A DNA stretch of 64,000 nucleotides from a virus (taxonomy: Duplodnaviria > Heunggongvirae > Uroviricota > Caudoviricetes): positions 93,721 to 157,720 of the IMG/VR virus record IMGVR_UViG_3300037067_009442. One strand, given 5' to 3'. The stretch's first letter is position 1. Each line of letters starts with the position of its first letter. Below are positions 40,414 through 49,659 of the stretch, piece after piece. A program made the translations under genes and the position numbers. The notes beneath the pieces are model-generated. The model ran no database searches and was not told the origin of the DNA. It worked only from the letters and a program-made list of their open reading frames with translations.

Positions 40414-40974
40414 GTGATGATTACCATCGAGTTTAACCTGAGGGTAGATCTCCCTCCCGGTCCGATAGTAACCCAAGGGACTCGAGGTGAGGTGAGGGAG
40501 AACCCGGACCTATGTAGTAGGGTATTCGAGATTATTCGGGATCCGCCATTTGTGAGAGACGGGGACCATTACTTCAACCGAGTAATACCATACCTCATGC
40601 AAAGGTTCCCTAGTACCAGCTACAAGCTATGTTGCTGGGACTATGAGACAGGGAGCACCCCTGAGGGTAATGCTTGGGTGATTGAACATGTAGCTCCTGA
40701 AGAGGCTGCCTTGGACGGGAGCCCCTGTTGGGATTGCGTCAATGAACCAGAGAAGTATCTTTTCAAGGATGAGGTAGTACGAGATAGAGCTGGGTTATCA
40801 CTTCACGGATCTTACTTGTGCAGGGATTTTGAATGGACTAAACCTGGTTGGAGAGACGTGGGCGGTGGGGATTGGAAGTACAGTCTCTTTCGGACCTCAG
40901 TAGCCCCCTGTCCTAGGTTTCAGCGAAGGTATCTCCCTACTCGATTTGAGAGGATTGTCGATGATTCGTTGTAG
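40414..40974 (+). CDS. two-domain protein ending in four-Cys module and TRFER tag
   Basis: CWDC..C..CPRF; ends LPTRFERIVDDSL*. Confidence 0.75.
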   Translation: MMITIEFNLRVDLPPGPIVTQGTRGEVRENPDLCSRVFEIIRDPPFVRDGDHYFNRVIPYLMQRFPSTSYKLCCWDYETGSTPEGNAWVIEHVAPEEAALDGSPCWDCVNEPEKYLFKDEVVRDRAGLSLHGSYLCRDFEWTKPGWRDVGGGDWKYSLFRTSVAPCPRFQRRYLPTRFERIVDDSL

Positions 40975-41287
40975 GCAGTGCTGGCATTGCCCTCAGGGCG
41001 CTCCGCTTGAATTTAACATCGACAGCTCTCCCGTAAAGGTGAGTAAGCTTGAAACCCGTATTCGCCGTATTCTGCACCTTAAACCAAGACCCGGTGACCA
41101 CTGGAGAGGTGTCTGCAAGAAGGGGATAGACATCTACCTCTTCTGGTATACCTCGGTAATGGGTACTGAACTACAGAAGTACAGCTCCATACTAAGGACA
41201 GTCTCTGTTGGGGAGTGTCCCCACTTTGAACTACCTAAACCATCTACTCGATTTGAGAGGATCCTAAGGGATGATGACGCCCTGTAG
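40961..41287 (+). CDS. four-Cys protein with TRFER tag
   Basis: CRQCWHCP..CKKG..CPHF; ends STRFERILRDDDAL*. Confidence 0.75.
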   Translation: MIRCRQCWHCPQGAPLEFNIDSSPVKVSKLETRIRRILHLKPRPGDHWRGVCKKGIDIYLFWYTSVMGTELQKYSSILRTVSVGECPHFELPKPSTRFERILRDDDAL

Positions 41288-41558
41288 TCGGTGCATCCAT
41301 TGCCCTCCCACTCCATCTAGGGGGCTCCTAGTGACCCTCGAAAAGGAGGGGGTCCTAGAGGATTGGGAAGAGGACTGTGAGGCTGGAGAGCCCACTTACC
41401 TCAAATGGTACTCAGTACCTAGCCTGAATTTATGGGGTTGCGTAGTAGCCCCTCGAAGGGTAGATCCTAATAAGTGTCAAGGGTTTACTCCCGCAAGGCC
41501 CCCAAATAGGTTTGATAAGATCCTAAGAGGGGATGACTACCTCTTTGGTTTGGAGTAG
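41271..41558 (+). CDS. four-Cys protein with TRFER-type tag
   Basis: CSRCIHCP..CEAG..CQGF; PNRFDKILRGDDYLFGLE*. Confidence 0.75.
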   Translation: MMTPCSRCIHCPPTPSRGLLVTLEKEGVLEDWEEDCEAGEPTYLKWYSVPSLNLWGCVVAPRRVDPNKCQGFTPARPPNRFDKILRGDDYLFGLE

Positions 41559-41567
41559 GCTTGCCGG

Positions 41568-41861
41568 ATGCTGTTGAGCTTCATTCGAGAATACCTAACC
41601 AAACGCAAGAAACGAGCTCGTGAAGATAGGGTTTTGAAGCAGCAAGGGTTCTGTGTATTCTGCCCTTCGTGCAAGGCCTTACTAAATGAGGAGCAGATTC
41701 CAGTCAACCCAGGGTATGGGTTCTACCGGTACACTTGCCCCGCTTGTCAGAAGGAGACAACATTTGACGTAGCCTCCTATCCAGTACCAGTAGTAGCTAC
41801 CGATCCTATGGAGTTGTACGAGAAGATCTTGAACGAAAACCCAAGTGGATTGGTACAATAG
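41568..41861 (+). CDS. zinc-ribbon protein
   Basis: FCPSCK...YTCPACQ. Confidence 0.65.
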   Translation: MLLSFIREYLTKRKKRAREDRVLKQQGFCVFCPSCKALLNEEQIPVNPGYGFYRYTCPACQKETTFDVASYPVPVVATDPMELYEKILNENPSGLVQ

Positions 41862-42299
41862 GATGTCTGACCGAGCCCAACTTGCTTCTGACCTATCAGC
41901 TCTTCTCCACCTCTTCGGTGACTCCGGGTACGTAGACTTCAAGGAAGGCTGTGAGGGGCCGGAGGACTACCAGGGGGCACTCAAGCTCGGGTGGGTAAGT
42001 AAGAGCGATGAAGGGGGTCCTTGGCGTCGCATTAGCCTCACCCTTGAGGGGATGACCTTGGCAGAGAAGATCTTCAATCTGGTTGAGAACCCGTCTAGTT
42101 TTATTGGGGGGCCTCTCATCGAACGACCTATGTTGGAAACCCCAAGTGAACAAGACCTTGATGATCATCGAGATCGAATTCTTCGCCGGCACGAGCTAGG
42201 ATCACTTACACTTAAGTAGGTCTTCTGCCTTTGTTTGAGAGATGACCTGAGGAGAATAAGCCGGTAGCCTTATCCATAATCCTGAACTTTATCATAGGC

Positions 42300-42629
42300 T
42301 TACTTCTTCCCTAGCTTCTTTTTCAGCCGCTCAAACTCGGCTTCTTCCGCTTCTCTAGTATCAGCTTCGGCTTCCGGTTCTTCTTCCTTGAGCTTCTCGG
42401 CCTGCTTCATATCCAGGAACTCCTTGAGGTTGATGGATTCCGAGACCGCTAGAAGTTCAGCGCTGTCAATAGCCCATTCGTTCCGCTTGTCCCAAGCGGT
42501 ATCTATGATCAGGGCGGCTTCTTCCATGGCTGACTTTAGATCTGTGGCACGCAGCTCCTTGACACGTATGCCGCAACCGATTGTGTAACTGCACGCAGCT
42601 GCCTGCCGCTCAATTAGGTAGAACTTCAT
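42300..42629 (-). CDS. hypothetical protein
   Basis: Likely start MKFYLIE, 10 nt after TTCGGTGTA. Confidence 0.7.
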   Translation of the reverse strand: MKFYLIERQAAACSYTIGCGIRVKELRATDLKSAMEEAALIIDTAWDKRNEWAIDSAELLAVSESINLKEFLDMKQAEKLKEEEPEAEADTREAEEAEFERLKKKLGKK

Positions 42630-42672
42630 AAGGGTCAAATACACCGAACCGGTGTATCCCTCTGATACCCGT

Positions 42673-43134
42673 ATGACAACTATCGAACTAGGTCCAAATG
42701 ACCGAGCTTTCATCTTCCGGAGCGATACTCCTACCACGGTGGGGCAGCAATCACAGGTTGTGGAGCTCGGACCCTTCGATGTCATGATGATCCTGAGGCA
42801 TGGGGGCGTGGGGGAAACCCCGGTGAAGTCTGACCCTCAAGAGCAAGGCGTAGTCTGTCACGTCTGCATTGGAGGTCTGACTCTTAGTCTGGTGCGTCGA
42901 GTAGACTTCTCCATTATAGGTAAAACTCCACCCCACTTGAACGTAGAGATTGATCGATGGACTCTGGACCCTGAGTATACTGGAGAACCGGGGCCGCTTT
43001 CATCTTCGCTCCTGGCTACTACTGAGCGAAATATTGGCTTACTAAGTAGGATCCCGCACCTAGTATCAAGCCCTCAGAGTGGGGATCCTTCCTACCAGGG
43101 GACTCACCTATTGGGTTTAGAGCGGGATCGGTGA
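42673..43134 (+). CDS. hypothetical protein with decayed tag at 3' end
   Basis: Divergent from 42629; ends GLERDR*. Confidence 0.55.
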   Translation: MTTIELGPNDRAFIFRSDTPTTVGQQSQVVELGPFDVMMILRHGGVGETPVKSDPQEQGVVCHVCIGGLTLSLVRRVDFSIIGKTPPHLNVEIDRWTLDPEYTGEPGPLSSSLLATTERNIGLLSRIPHLVSSPQSGDPSYQGTHLLGLERDR

Positions 43135-43192
43135 TCTGACTAAAGCTCTTATAGGGAGGTTAGTTACCGCTCTCCCTACAAGGTGACTAATC

Positions 43193-43603
43193 ATGCCTGA
43201 CAAGATTGCTACTGCCGAAGACATTCAGAATGAGATCCGAACCCTTTGGGCTATGACCGAAGAAGAGGCCCCAAGTCGGGAGAAGTTGGCGGCGGCTCTT
43301 ACCGACTTGGCTGAGCGGGTAGCAAGAGGTGATTCACCTGATGTTGATGACCTCAAGAAGAGCATTGAGGTCCTGACTAAGCTGAAGAAGGATCTCAGTA
43401 GGGTCCTGTGGTCTGAGGGCGGTATTCCCAATGCTCTTGTCTACCACTCATTGCTAGTGAAAAATGCCCCTAACGCAGACAAGCTAGAGAAGGCATTCTC
43501 TGCCTGGCATGTCACTCGTGGGTTAGCAGAAGTGCGGCTTGATGAATTGCTCATGGAGTTGGAGACCCTCCAAGAGACCATTCCTGAGCAGTCTAAGCCC
43601 TGA
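43193..43603 (+). CDS. protein with KIA...PSR.KLA...RVA N-terminal module
   Basis: First ~45 aa align with 37033..37362. Confidence 0.7.
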   Translation: MPDKIATAEDIQNEIRTLWAMTEEEAPSREKLAAALTDLAERVARGDSPDVDDLKKSIEVLTKLKKDLSRVLWSEGGIPNALVYHSLLVKNAPNADKLEKAFSAWHVTRGLAEVRLDELLMELETLQETIPEQSKP

Positions 43604-44360
43604 TAACCCTCTTATGATCAGCGGGCAGGAGAGCTTCTTGCCCGCAGCGGTTACACGAGCCCATTGAGAGAACGGCCTGAGTAAGCTCTTCATTGGAACT
43701 ATCGACGGTTCCAATAGGAAAGCAGAAGCGGCTCTCACCGGCGGAGACTGTTCCATCGTGAGAGATGGAGGGGACGCAGAAGCCGGACTTCCCGAGTGAC
43801 CCTCGGATCCGGAGAGCCTTGATTGCTTCGGGTACCGACCGGAAGTGATGAACCATAGAGCGGAAGTTGAAGCTGCTGGGGGCAGCTCGGGGGTTCAATC
43901 CCTTGGGGTCAAATTTAGGGTTGGCGGCCCTTCCAATGGTGGACAGCAGAGAGAGCTGGTCGACATAGAAAACGTTCTTGTGCTTGAACGTAGGAGGCTT
44001 CCTAGGGTAGTACCGAGCGTCATTGGTGACTTGAACTAGGACACCCCAGTCCTCCCGGAGAAGTTCTTTCCGGAGCGCCTCATTGTCGAGCCAGAGGCCA
44101 TGAGTTAAGATCATGGGGATCCACTTACGGTCAATCACCTGTTTGACCATCTCCACAATGTCTGGGTTGTCAGTGCATTCCCCGCCGGAGAGGAGAATCA
44201 TTGTAGGGATCCCTGCTCGAGTAGCTTCGCACTCGGCTCGCTCGGTGAAGCTGAGGGCTCGCTTGAATGTATCGAGGCTCATGTGCTCGCCGGAGGGTGT
44301 TGCATCCTCGAGGCAATGTGAACAGCCCATTTTGCATGCTGACGTTGTTTTGATTAACAT
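43593..44360 (-). CDS. radical SAM protein with C-terminal Cys cluster
   Basis: CKMGCSHC (CxxxCxxC), LSGGE, LTHG; C..DGTV...IG...C..C tail. Confidence 0.85.
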   Translation of the reverse strand: MLIKTTSACKMGCSHCLEDATPSGEHMSLDTFKRALSFTERAECEATRAGIPTMILLSGGECTDNPDIVEMVKQVIDRKWIPMILTHGLWLDNEALRKELLREDWGVLVQVTNDARYYPRKPPTFKHKNVFYVDQLSLLSTIGRAANPKFDPKGLNPRAAPSSFNFRSMVHHFRSVPEAIKALRIRGSLGKSGFCVPSISHDGTVSAGESRFCFPIGTVDSSNEELTQAVLSMGSCNRCGQEALLPADHKRVIRA

Positions 44361-44369
44361 TGATCCAAC

Positions 44370-45326
44370 TCAGGGTTCCAGGGGACTTTGCTTGAGGAAG
44401 TACTTGTAGCCCAGCACGCCCCTTGAAGCTTCCCGCCGTTTATCTCTTGCTTCATTGTAACGCTTTATACTCTGTTCGATCCTCTTCTCACTAGCAGCGT
44501 TCCGTTTAGCATTCCACTTTGCAGCTCTCTCTTCCTTAGTCAAAGTTAAGCGATCAATCAAGAGAGCTTGCTGCTCGGAATGCTTCCACTCTTGGTATTC
44601 ACAAATGACCTGAAGCTTGGTGTCTGTTCTTACCCTAGATTTCTGTCTCAGTTTCTTAAGCCTTCGGCTTAGGAGATCTGCATCCTTTGTCTCCCCTTCC
44701 CAAGTAGTAATCCAGTCGTTGGGGCATTGATGGATCTCGGCACTCTTACAGTGAGTACACACGTGGGAGATACAGCGCACGCAGCCGAAGCCCTCTGTGA
44801 TAGGTAACTGACAGTGAAGGCATGTCCACCAAGAGAGCCCCTCAATAGGGAATAGCCATTGATCCTGTTGGGAGCATTCAAGAGACCCGTTGGTTAGATC
44901 AGTTTCGTACTCGAAGTGAACTAGGGGTATATTTCGTACTGGGTGATCTAGTTCAAACATAGCCAGATCTATAGTGGGCTCCAAGCTAACCTCACCCCAA
45001 CCTGGAGGGTAAAGGCTACCGTACTCCTTGAAGTCTCGAACGAAGTGCTGGTTATTTCGTCGACTATTTTGAACCTGCTCCTTCAAACCCCTTCGTAACT
45101 CTTGAAGGCATACTTCACAGCAAGTGTCATGGTTATAGGCGATAGCGTGCCGTAACCCAATTGTAGTACGGAAAGCATGACCCCCGCAATCACAGACCAC
45201 TTCCCATTGCCGGGAAAGCTTTACCCCATTGAGGGGCTCTCTTGGCTCTACTTCCACCAAGAGTTCGACAGAACCTACCCTTAACCCCGGGTAGAGCTCT
45301 ATCCTAGACTTACAGGAGTTCGACAT
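44370..45326 (-). CDS. multi-zinc-finger protein
   Basis: WEVVCDCG..TCCEVC; CLHC..CVRC..CTHC..HQC. Confidence 0.6.
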   Translation of the reverse strand: MSNSCKSRIELYPGLRVGSVELLVEVEPREPLNGVKLSRQWEVVCDCGGHAFRTTIGLRHAIAYNHDTCCEVCLQELRRGLKEQVQNSRRNNQHFVRDFKEYGSLYPPGWGEVSLEPTIDLAMFELDHPVRNIPLVHFEYETDLTNGSLECSQQDQWLFPIEGLSWWTCLHCQLPITEGFGCVRCISHVCTHCKSAEIHQCPNDWITTWEGETKDADLLSRRLKKLRQKSRVRTDTKLQVICEYQEWKHSEQQALLIDRLTLTKEERAAKWNAKRNAASEKRIEQSIKRYNEARDKRREASRGVLGYKYFLKQSPLEP

Positions 45327-45395
45327 GGATCATTACCAATCACCAGCAATACTGAGGACTTTACACTGCATTGATTCGATAGGCAAGCCTGAGGA

Positions 45396-45424
45396 TTGAC
45401 CTTGAAGTCGATCCCGGTTAGAGT
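45396..45424 (+). promoter_or_regulatory. sigma70-type promoter variant, leaderless
   Basis: TTGACC-N17-TAGAGT; GTG 45430. Confidence 0.65.
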
Positions 45425-45429
45425 GCCTC

Positions 45430-45864
45430 GTGGAAAACTTCAAGAGAAGACCCTACCCGCTCCCGACCGAGGAAGAGGTTCAAGCTAGGAAGCAATGGGA
45501 GTTGGAGAAGGCTGAATCCCAAGAGCGCCTTTTTGCAACGTTGGATGAGATGGCTATGCGCAAGCTCTGGTTGGATGACGAGCGGACCCCTCCGGATGTA
45601 ACTTGGGTCTGGGTGAAAACTGCACTGGATGCCCTGAAGCAGTTGAGGACCCAGAACTTCTCAGTGATTTCCCTTGACCATGATCTTGGGGATAATGCGG
45701 GAACCGGCTACGAAGTATTGGTGTACTTGGAGACTGAGACCTATCGAAACGAGAAGTTTCAGCCCCCCGAGATTCGAATCCACACTGCGAACCCGGTGGC
45801 AAGGACTCGGATGCAACAAGGGGTCGAAAGCATTAGACTTAGGTGCTTGAATCGTGCCAAGTGA
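45430..45864 (+). CDS. cyclic-phosphate-processing receiver-like domain protein
   Basis: LWLDDERTPP..W..A...VISLDHDLGD..TGYEVL..IHTANPV.R. Confidence 0.8.
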   Translation: MENFKRRPYPLPTEEEVQARKQWELEKAESQERLFATLDEMAMRKLWLDDERTPPDVTWVWVKTALDALKQLRTQNFSVISLDHDLGDNAGTGYEVLVYLETETYRNEKFQPPEIRIHTANPVARTRMQQGVESIRLRCLNRAK

Positions 45865-46135
45865 AGAGGATAGCATCGAGTCGTACTGGGAAGGGATGCC
45901 CAGGGTAGACCCTAAAGAGGTCGAGAAGAGGAGAGCAGAAGCCACTAAGTTCTTCGAGGAGGCTCTCTCCAAGATAGACTTGAGTAAGGCTATCCAGGAT
46001 GCTTTCTTTAGAGGTGAGGGGTCGATGAGATTTGAGACCGCCCACCCCAACTACGGAACATCCCTCTCATCTGGAATTGAGCCCGCTTTCGCAAGTACCT
46101 ACAGGCGGGCTCAAGTCGAAGATCCTACGCCTTGA
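45854..46135 (+). CDS. small protein, acidic-W N-terminal family
   Basis: Starts MPSEEDSIESYWE. Confidence 0.65.
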   Translation: MPSEEDSIESYWEGMPRVDPKEVEKRRAEATKFFEEALSKIDLSKAIQDAFFRGEGSMRFETAHPNYGTSLSSGIEPAFASTYRRAQVEDPTP

Positions 46136-46328
46136 TGATGACGAACTTAGTGAGCTTACTGTAACGGATCTTGAAGGTATCTCCAGCCTTGGCTTGAGGC
46201 TTGTTGATGTAGGATCCGTCGTAGGGTGAGGAGACGTCCTGGATGCGGAAGTCCTTGTCGGCGTCCCAAGCAGCCTTGACGTCAGCAGCGTTCGTGTAGT
46301 CACGTCCGTATGCGGGTACGAGGGTCAT
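46125..46328 (-). CDS. conserved small phage protein
   Basis: LVPAYGRDY...VKAAW...KDF...YIN. Confidence 0.7.
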   Translation of the reverse strand: MTLVPAYGRDYTNAADVKAAWDADKDFRIQDVSSPYDGSYINKPQAKAGDTFKIRYSKLTKFVIIKA

Positions 46329-46544
46329 GTCAGCTCCGGTAGTTGATTGAGAAGTTCCATAGCTCGGTCGAAGGGCATTCCTTCTTTCTCAAGGTCAGAA
46401 GATCTGATAAAGGAGGTTCCGATTATCCATTTGGACTGAGAGTCTGAGTAGAACCAGGTGGGCCCGAAGGTCTTGCGGATCACCCACTTACCAGTATGTA
46501 GTTTGATCATCCTCATGCCGTCTTGCCGAGTGTACTCTGTTGCT

Positions 46545-46970
46545 TCAATTTGCATTGGATCTCAACTTTCCAGTCAGGTTCTTCCCTTGTTGATGGGAGA
46601 TGTTTTTCATCCACAAGTTGGAGAAACTCACAAGTTCCGAGAGGTTGCGTACATGGTACCCAGAGATCTTCCCGTTTTCGAACAAGACTGCTTCGGTGTA
46701 GAGCCCTACTGGACTTTGAGTACAGTTCACGGGAAGCCAAGATCCATCCTCTTGGCGGAAGAAGGTGATGTCTGGGTCTGACATCCGGTCCCCCTCTTGC
46801 TCGAAGTAGTGTCCTACCGAGTACAGGTTTTCATCCAAGTGATCAACAACAACAGCCATGAAGGCACCCCCACTGTTTTCGATGGTCTTGGACTCACCAA
46901 CTTCAACCCCACTCACGAGTTGATTGAGAACCGAAGTAGCAGCCTTGTTGAGGGTCTTGAGCGTTGCCAT
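46545..46970 (-). CDS. hypothetical protein (DUF6908-like)
   Basis: YSVGHYFEQEGDRMSDPDITF; start set by promoter. Confidence 0.6.
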   Translation of the reverse strand: MATLKTLNKAATSVLNQLVSGVEVGESKTIENSGGAFMAVVVDHLDENLYSVGHYFEQEGDRMSDPDITFFRQEDGSWLPVNCTQSPVGLYTEAVLFENGKISGYHVRNLSELVSFSNLWMKNISHQQGKNLTGKLRSNAN

Positions 46971-46975
46971 GATCC

Positions 46976-47004
46976 ATCCTACGTATGAGGGTCACGAATC
47001 TCAA
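46976..47004 (-). promoter_or_regulatory. sigma70-type promoter, leaderless (divergent pair, left)
   Basis: TTGAGA-N17-TAGGAT on minus strand; ATG 46970. Confidence 0.85.
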
Positions 47005-47041
47005 CCGGAAATCGTACTTTTGAGTAACCTCATTTTTGTGG

Positions 47042-47070
47042 TTGAGATCTGAGCCCCTCATGCGTAGTAC
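47042..47070 (+). promoter_or_regulatory. sigma70-type promoter, leaderless (divergent pair, right)
   Basis: TTGAGA-N17-TAGTAC; ATG 47076. Confidence 0.8.
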
Positions 47071-47075
47071 AGGGT

Positions 47076-47405
47076 ATGGCAGCAAGTGACAGGAAAGACC
47101 CCCTTTCTCAGGTTCGAATAGAAGAGAGTGTTGAGGCTACAAGGGCCTTATTCCGGAGCTCGGTAGAAGCTATAGCTCTGGAATTCCGGACCAAGAAGCT
47201 ACTACCTCTCTGCAAGAAGCACCGTCTCACTTACTTTGCAGGAAACAATGACTGGTTCTTCGTTGACCGGAATGAGAGGCGAGTCAACTTTTGGCAACAT
47301 GCGGCTGTGAACGAGATCCGAACCACCTTGGATATCGAGGTCACGGACTCGAACGACCTCTTCGGGTACTACATTGAAAGTATTCAGAAATCGGAGATTG
47401 AGTAG
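47076..47405 (+). CDS. hypothetical protein, paralogue of 61751..62176
   Basis: ALEFRTK.L.P.C....LT..AG...FVD in both. Confidence 0.75.
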   Translation: MAASDRKDPLSQVRIEESVEATRALFRSSVEAIALEFRTKKLLPLCKKHRLTYFAGNNDWFFVDRNERRVNFWQHAAVNEIRTTLDIEVTDSNDLFGYYIESIQKSEIE

Positions 47406-47407
47406 TC

Positions 47408-47755
47408 ATGCCCCTACCAACCCTAGATGAATTCCTCCCTCAGGCAGGCAAGGGTTGGCCGAGGAACAGCTACGTAAAAGAGCCTGGGTTCTCCGAGCTC
47501 TACGTTCGGGTTTCTCGGAGGTTCCTTGAGGGCTCCTGTCACGAGATGATTGACCTAGCTAGGGTTGAGGCCAAAGAGCCTGGGTCAGGAGCCTTCACTC
47601 GCTTGGTGGCCCGGCTTCGGGAGCAATACCCGAAGAGTGGGATCTACGTCGAGTGCGTCCTGAACCCCCGGTTTTCAGTTATGCTGATTGACCGGTTGGG
47701 ATTCAAGGTGAACCCGTCTGACGAATCAAGCTTCTATCTGCTAGGTTCCGGTTGA
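47408..47755 (+). CDS. GNAT-like protein
   Basis: LARVEA..PGSGAFTRLV...YVECVLNPRF...RLGF. Confidence 0.5.
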   Translation: MPLPTLDEFLPQAGKGWPRNSYVKEPGFSELYVRVSRRFLEGSCHEMIDLARVEAKEPGSGAFTRLVARLREQYPKSGIYVECVLNPRFSVMLIDRLGFKVNPSDESSFYLLGSG

Positions 47756-47780
47756 GATTAGAGCCCCTCATACGTAGGAT
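47752..47780 (+). promoter_or_regulatory. sigma70-type promoter
   Basis: TTGAGA-N17-TAGGAT; ATG 47789; upstream TGA stop lies inside the -35 box. Confidence 0.8.
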
Positions 47781-48886
47781 AGATCATCATGCGTTACACA
47801 GTCGGTCAACGATGGTACTCCAATCGAGAAAAGGAGGGGAGACCCTCCCACACGTTCGTCATCATTGGCCCAGGGGATACCCCTCGGGAGAAGATGTGCC
47901 GATTGGAGAATGATGACCCAACCACTCCCGGTCACGGTATAGTGCAAAGCTACAGTCACGCCCACCTCAAGAAGTACGCGGTTTTAGTCACAGAGTAATC
48001 CCATGGCAACAGCAAGAGTAAGACAGTACGTCACCGAAGATGGGGACAGTCTCTCTATCGACGACTCAAGGAACAACATCCAGATTGCTTGGTTCTGTGA
48101 CGGAGACTACGGCATGTATGTGGGGGAGCCCTTTGATGGGATGGAGTCCAAAGAGCCTCCCTCCGTCAAGGATAGTTGGGAGATCTGGATTGTCCATCAA
48201 ACGATCAAGGTCTTTTCGGATGGGACCTCAAAGAACAGAGGGTTCTACTTCGACACCATGGCAAAGGCCAAGAAGGCTCTCAAGGCTGCAAATATCGCCC
48301 TCAATGAGGGGATGAGTAAGGCAGCATGGCCTGAGTGGGCGATCCAAGCTCAAGCTGCTGGATGGACACCTCCGAGTGGATGGAAGCCCTGATAGTAGAT
48401 TGTCGCTCCTAGTCTCTAATGTCCGGTGTACCTTAGTCGTATGACCAAGGTACAGGTAGTTTGGGTTAGGACTTCGGACAACTTCCCCATCGCCTTTACC
48501 AAGAAGGCGGGAGATCCTATCCTGGTCATTGGGGAAGAAGGGGAGAACGTCCTCATGGTCATGAAGCCATCGAGGGTCTTCATACCAATCTTTGAGTCCT
48601 CCTCGACCGTAAGTGTTGAAGAGGTAACTCAGAAGATCCTCTACCGAATGGAGGCTTTGGCTGAGTGCAGTGTGGTTCAAATGGGAGAGCTTGGGGTGAT
48701 CTTCGGATTGTTTCGGAACTCCTATCAGATCCTTGGGGAGACTCCAACCTACGTGATTGAAGTGGGGTTAGGTTGCACCCCCGGGGAATTCAACTTGCCC
48801 GAGCCGCACTTGACTCCAGAGGAATGCAAGACCCTTGGCTTGCCCTTCGAAGTCGAAATTGACCTGTCTCAGCTCGCCGAACAGGG

Positions 48887-49342
48887 TTGACTCGATGCAG
48901 GAGCTTGTGGCAAGCTCCCGATATGCCGTCTTTTGAGAATCCCTTAGATATGGTGTGCGCTGTTTTTCAGCACGCCCGTAAAACGGGTCACCACTTCGGG
49001 GTATTTCCAAAGCCTAAATGGGTAGGGGTTTGCTGTGAGGACTGTCTCGAGGATATTGCGGAGTCCCACAATAGTAACTACCTAGCTCCGGCATCTGGGA
49101 TGATCTATGTACCAGATACTCACTTCCTCCATCCTTACTTGGCGACTCCAGCAGGCTTAATCACCCTCTGTGATAGGTTGAACGAGGGCTCTAAGGAGGC
49201 TCTTTTACAGGGTTTCTCAAAGGGTGGGTTTGCTTACGCGGTCATGCAAATGCTACTCAACCGTGTAAGCTCCGAGGCTCTACCTAACTTGGATCTCCAC
49301 CAATTCGTCCCCACTCGCTTTGAGAGAGAAGACGTGATCTGA
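48887..49342 (+). CDS. hypothetical protein with TRFER tag
   Basis: Ends VPTRFEREDVI*. Confidence 0.75.
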   Translation: MTRCRSLWQAPDMPSFENPLDMVCAVFQHARKTGHHFGVFPKPKWVGVCCEDCLEDIAESHNSNYLAPASGMIYVPDTHFLHPYLATPAGLITLCDRLNEGSKEALLQGFSKGGFAYAVMQMLLNRVSSEALPNLDLHQFVPTRFEREDVI

Positions 49343-49659
49343 TGTCAGCTACTACGGAGATCCTATCCAAAGAGACAAAGTTGGCGATTGCTGAGCAGCA
49401 TGTAAGGCGGTTCACTAACTTGCTTCAAGCTGGGGGTCCTAACGTCAATCAGTTCGAGTGTGAGATGTACAGGGGGATCTGGGAGAAGGCAGTAATTGCC
49501 ATCACCGCAGGTGAGGCTTTGGACGTAGAGGCCGATGATGAGCTAGCCGAGTACATCCTATCTGGGGAGACCGACCTACTCACCCCAGAGGAACTTAAGA
49601 AGCTCGAAGAGCTTTACCCCGAAGATGACTTTGACATCGATTGCAGTCACTGAGGTACT

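Noticed and set aside
41568-42219. LYEKIL and DRILRR as tag variants
   Set aside because: They lack the invariant R-F core and are not counted.
36466-47755. TacA-TacT toxin-antitoxin pair
   Set aside because: The TacA-like tail and GNAT-like gene are 10 kb apart and both assignments are weak.
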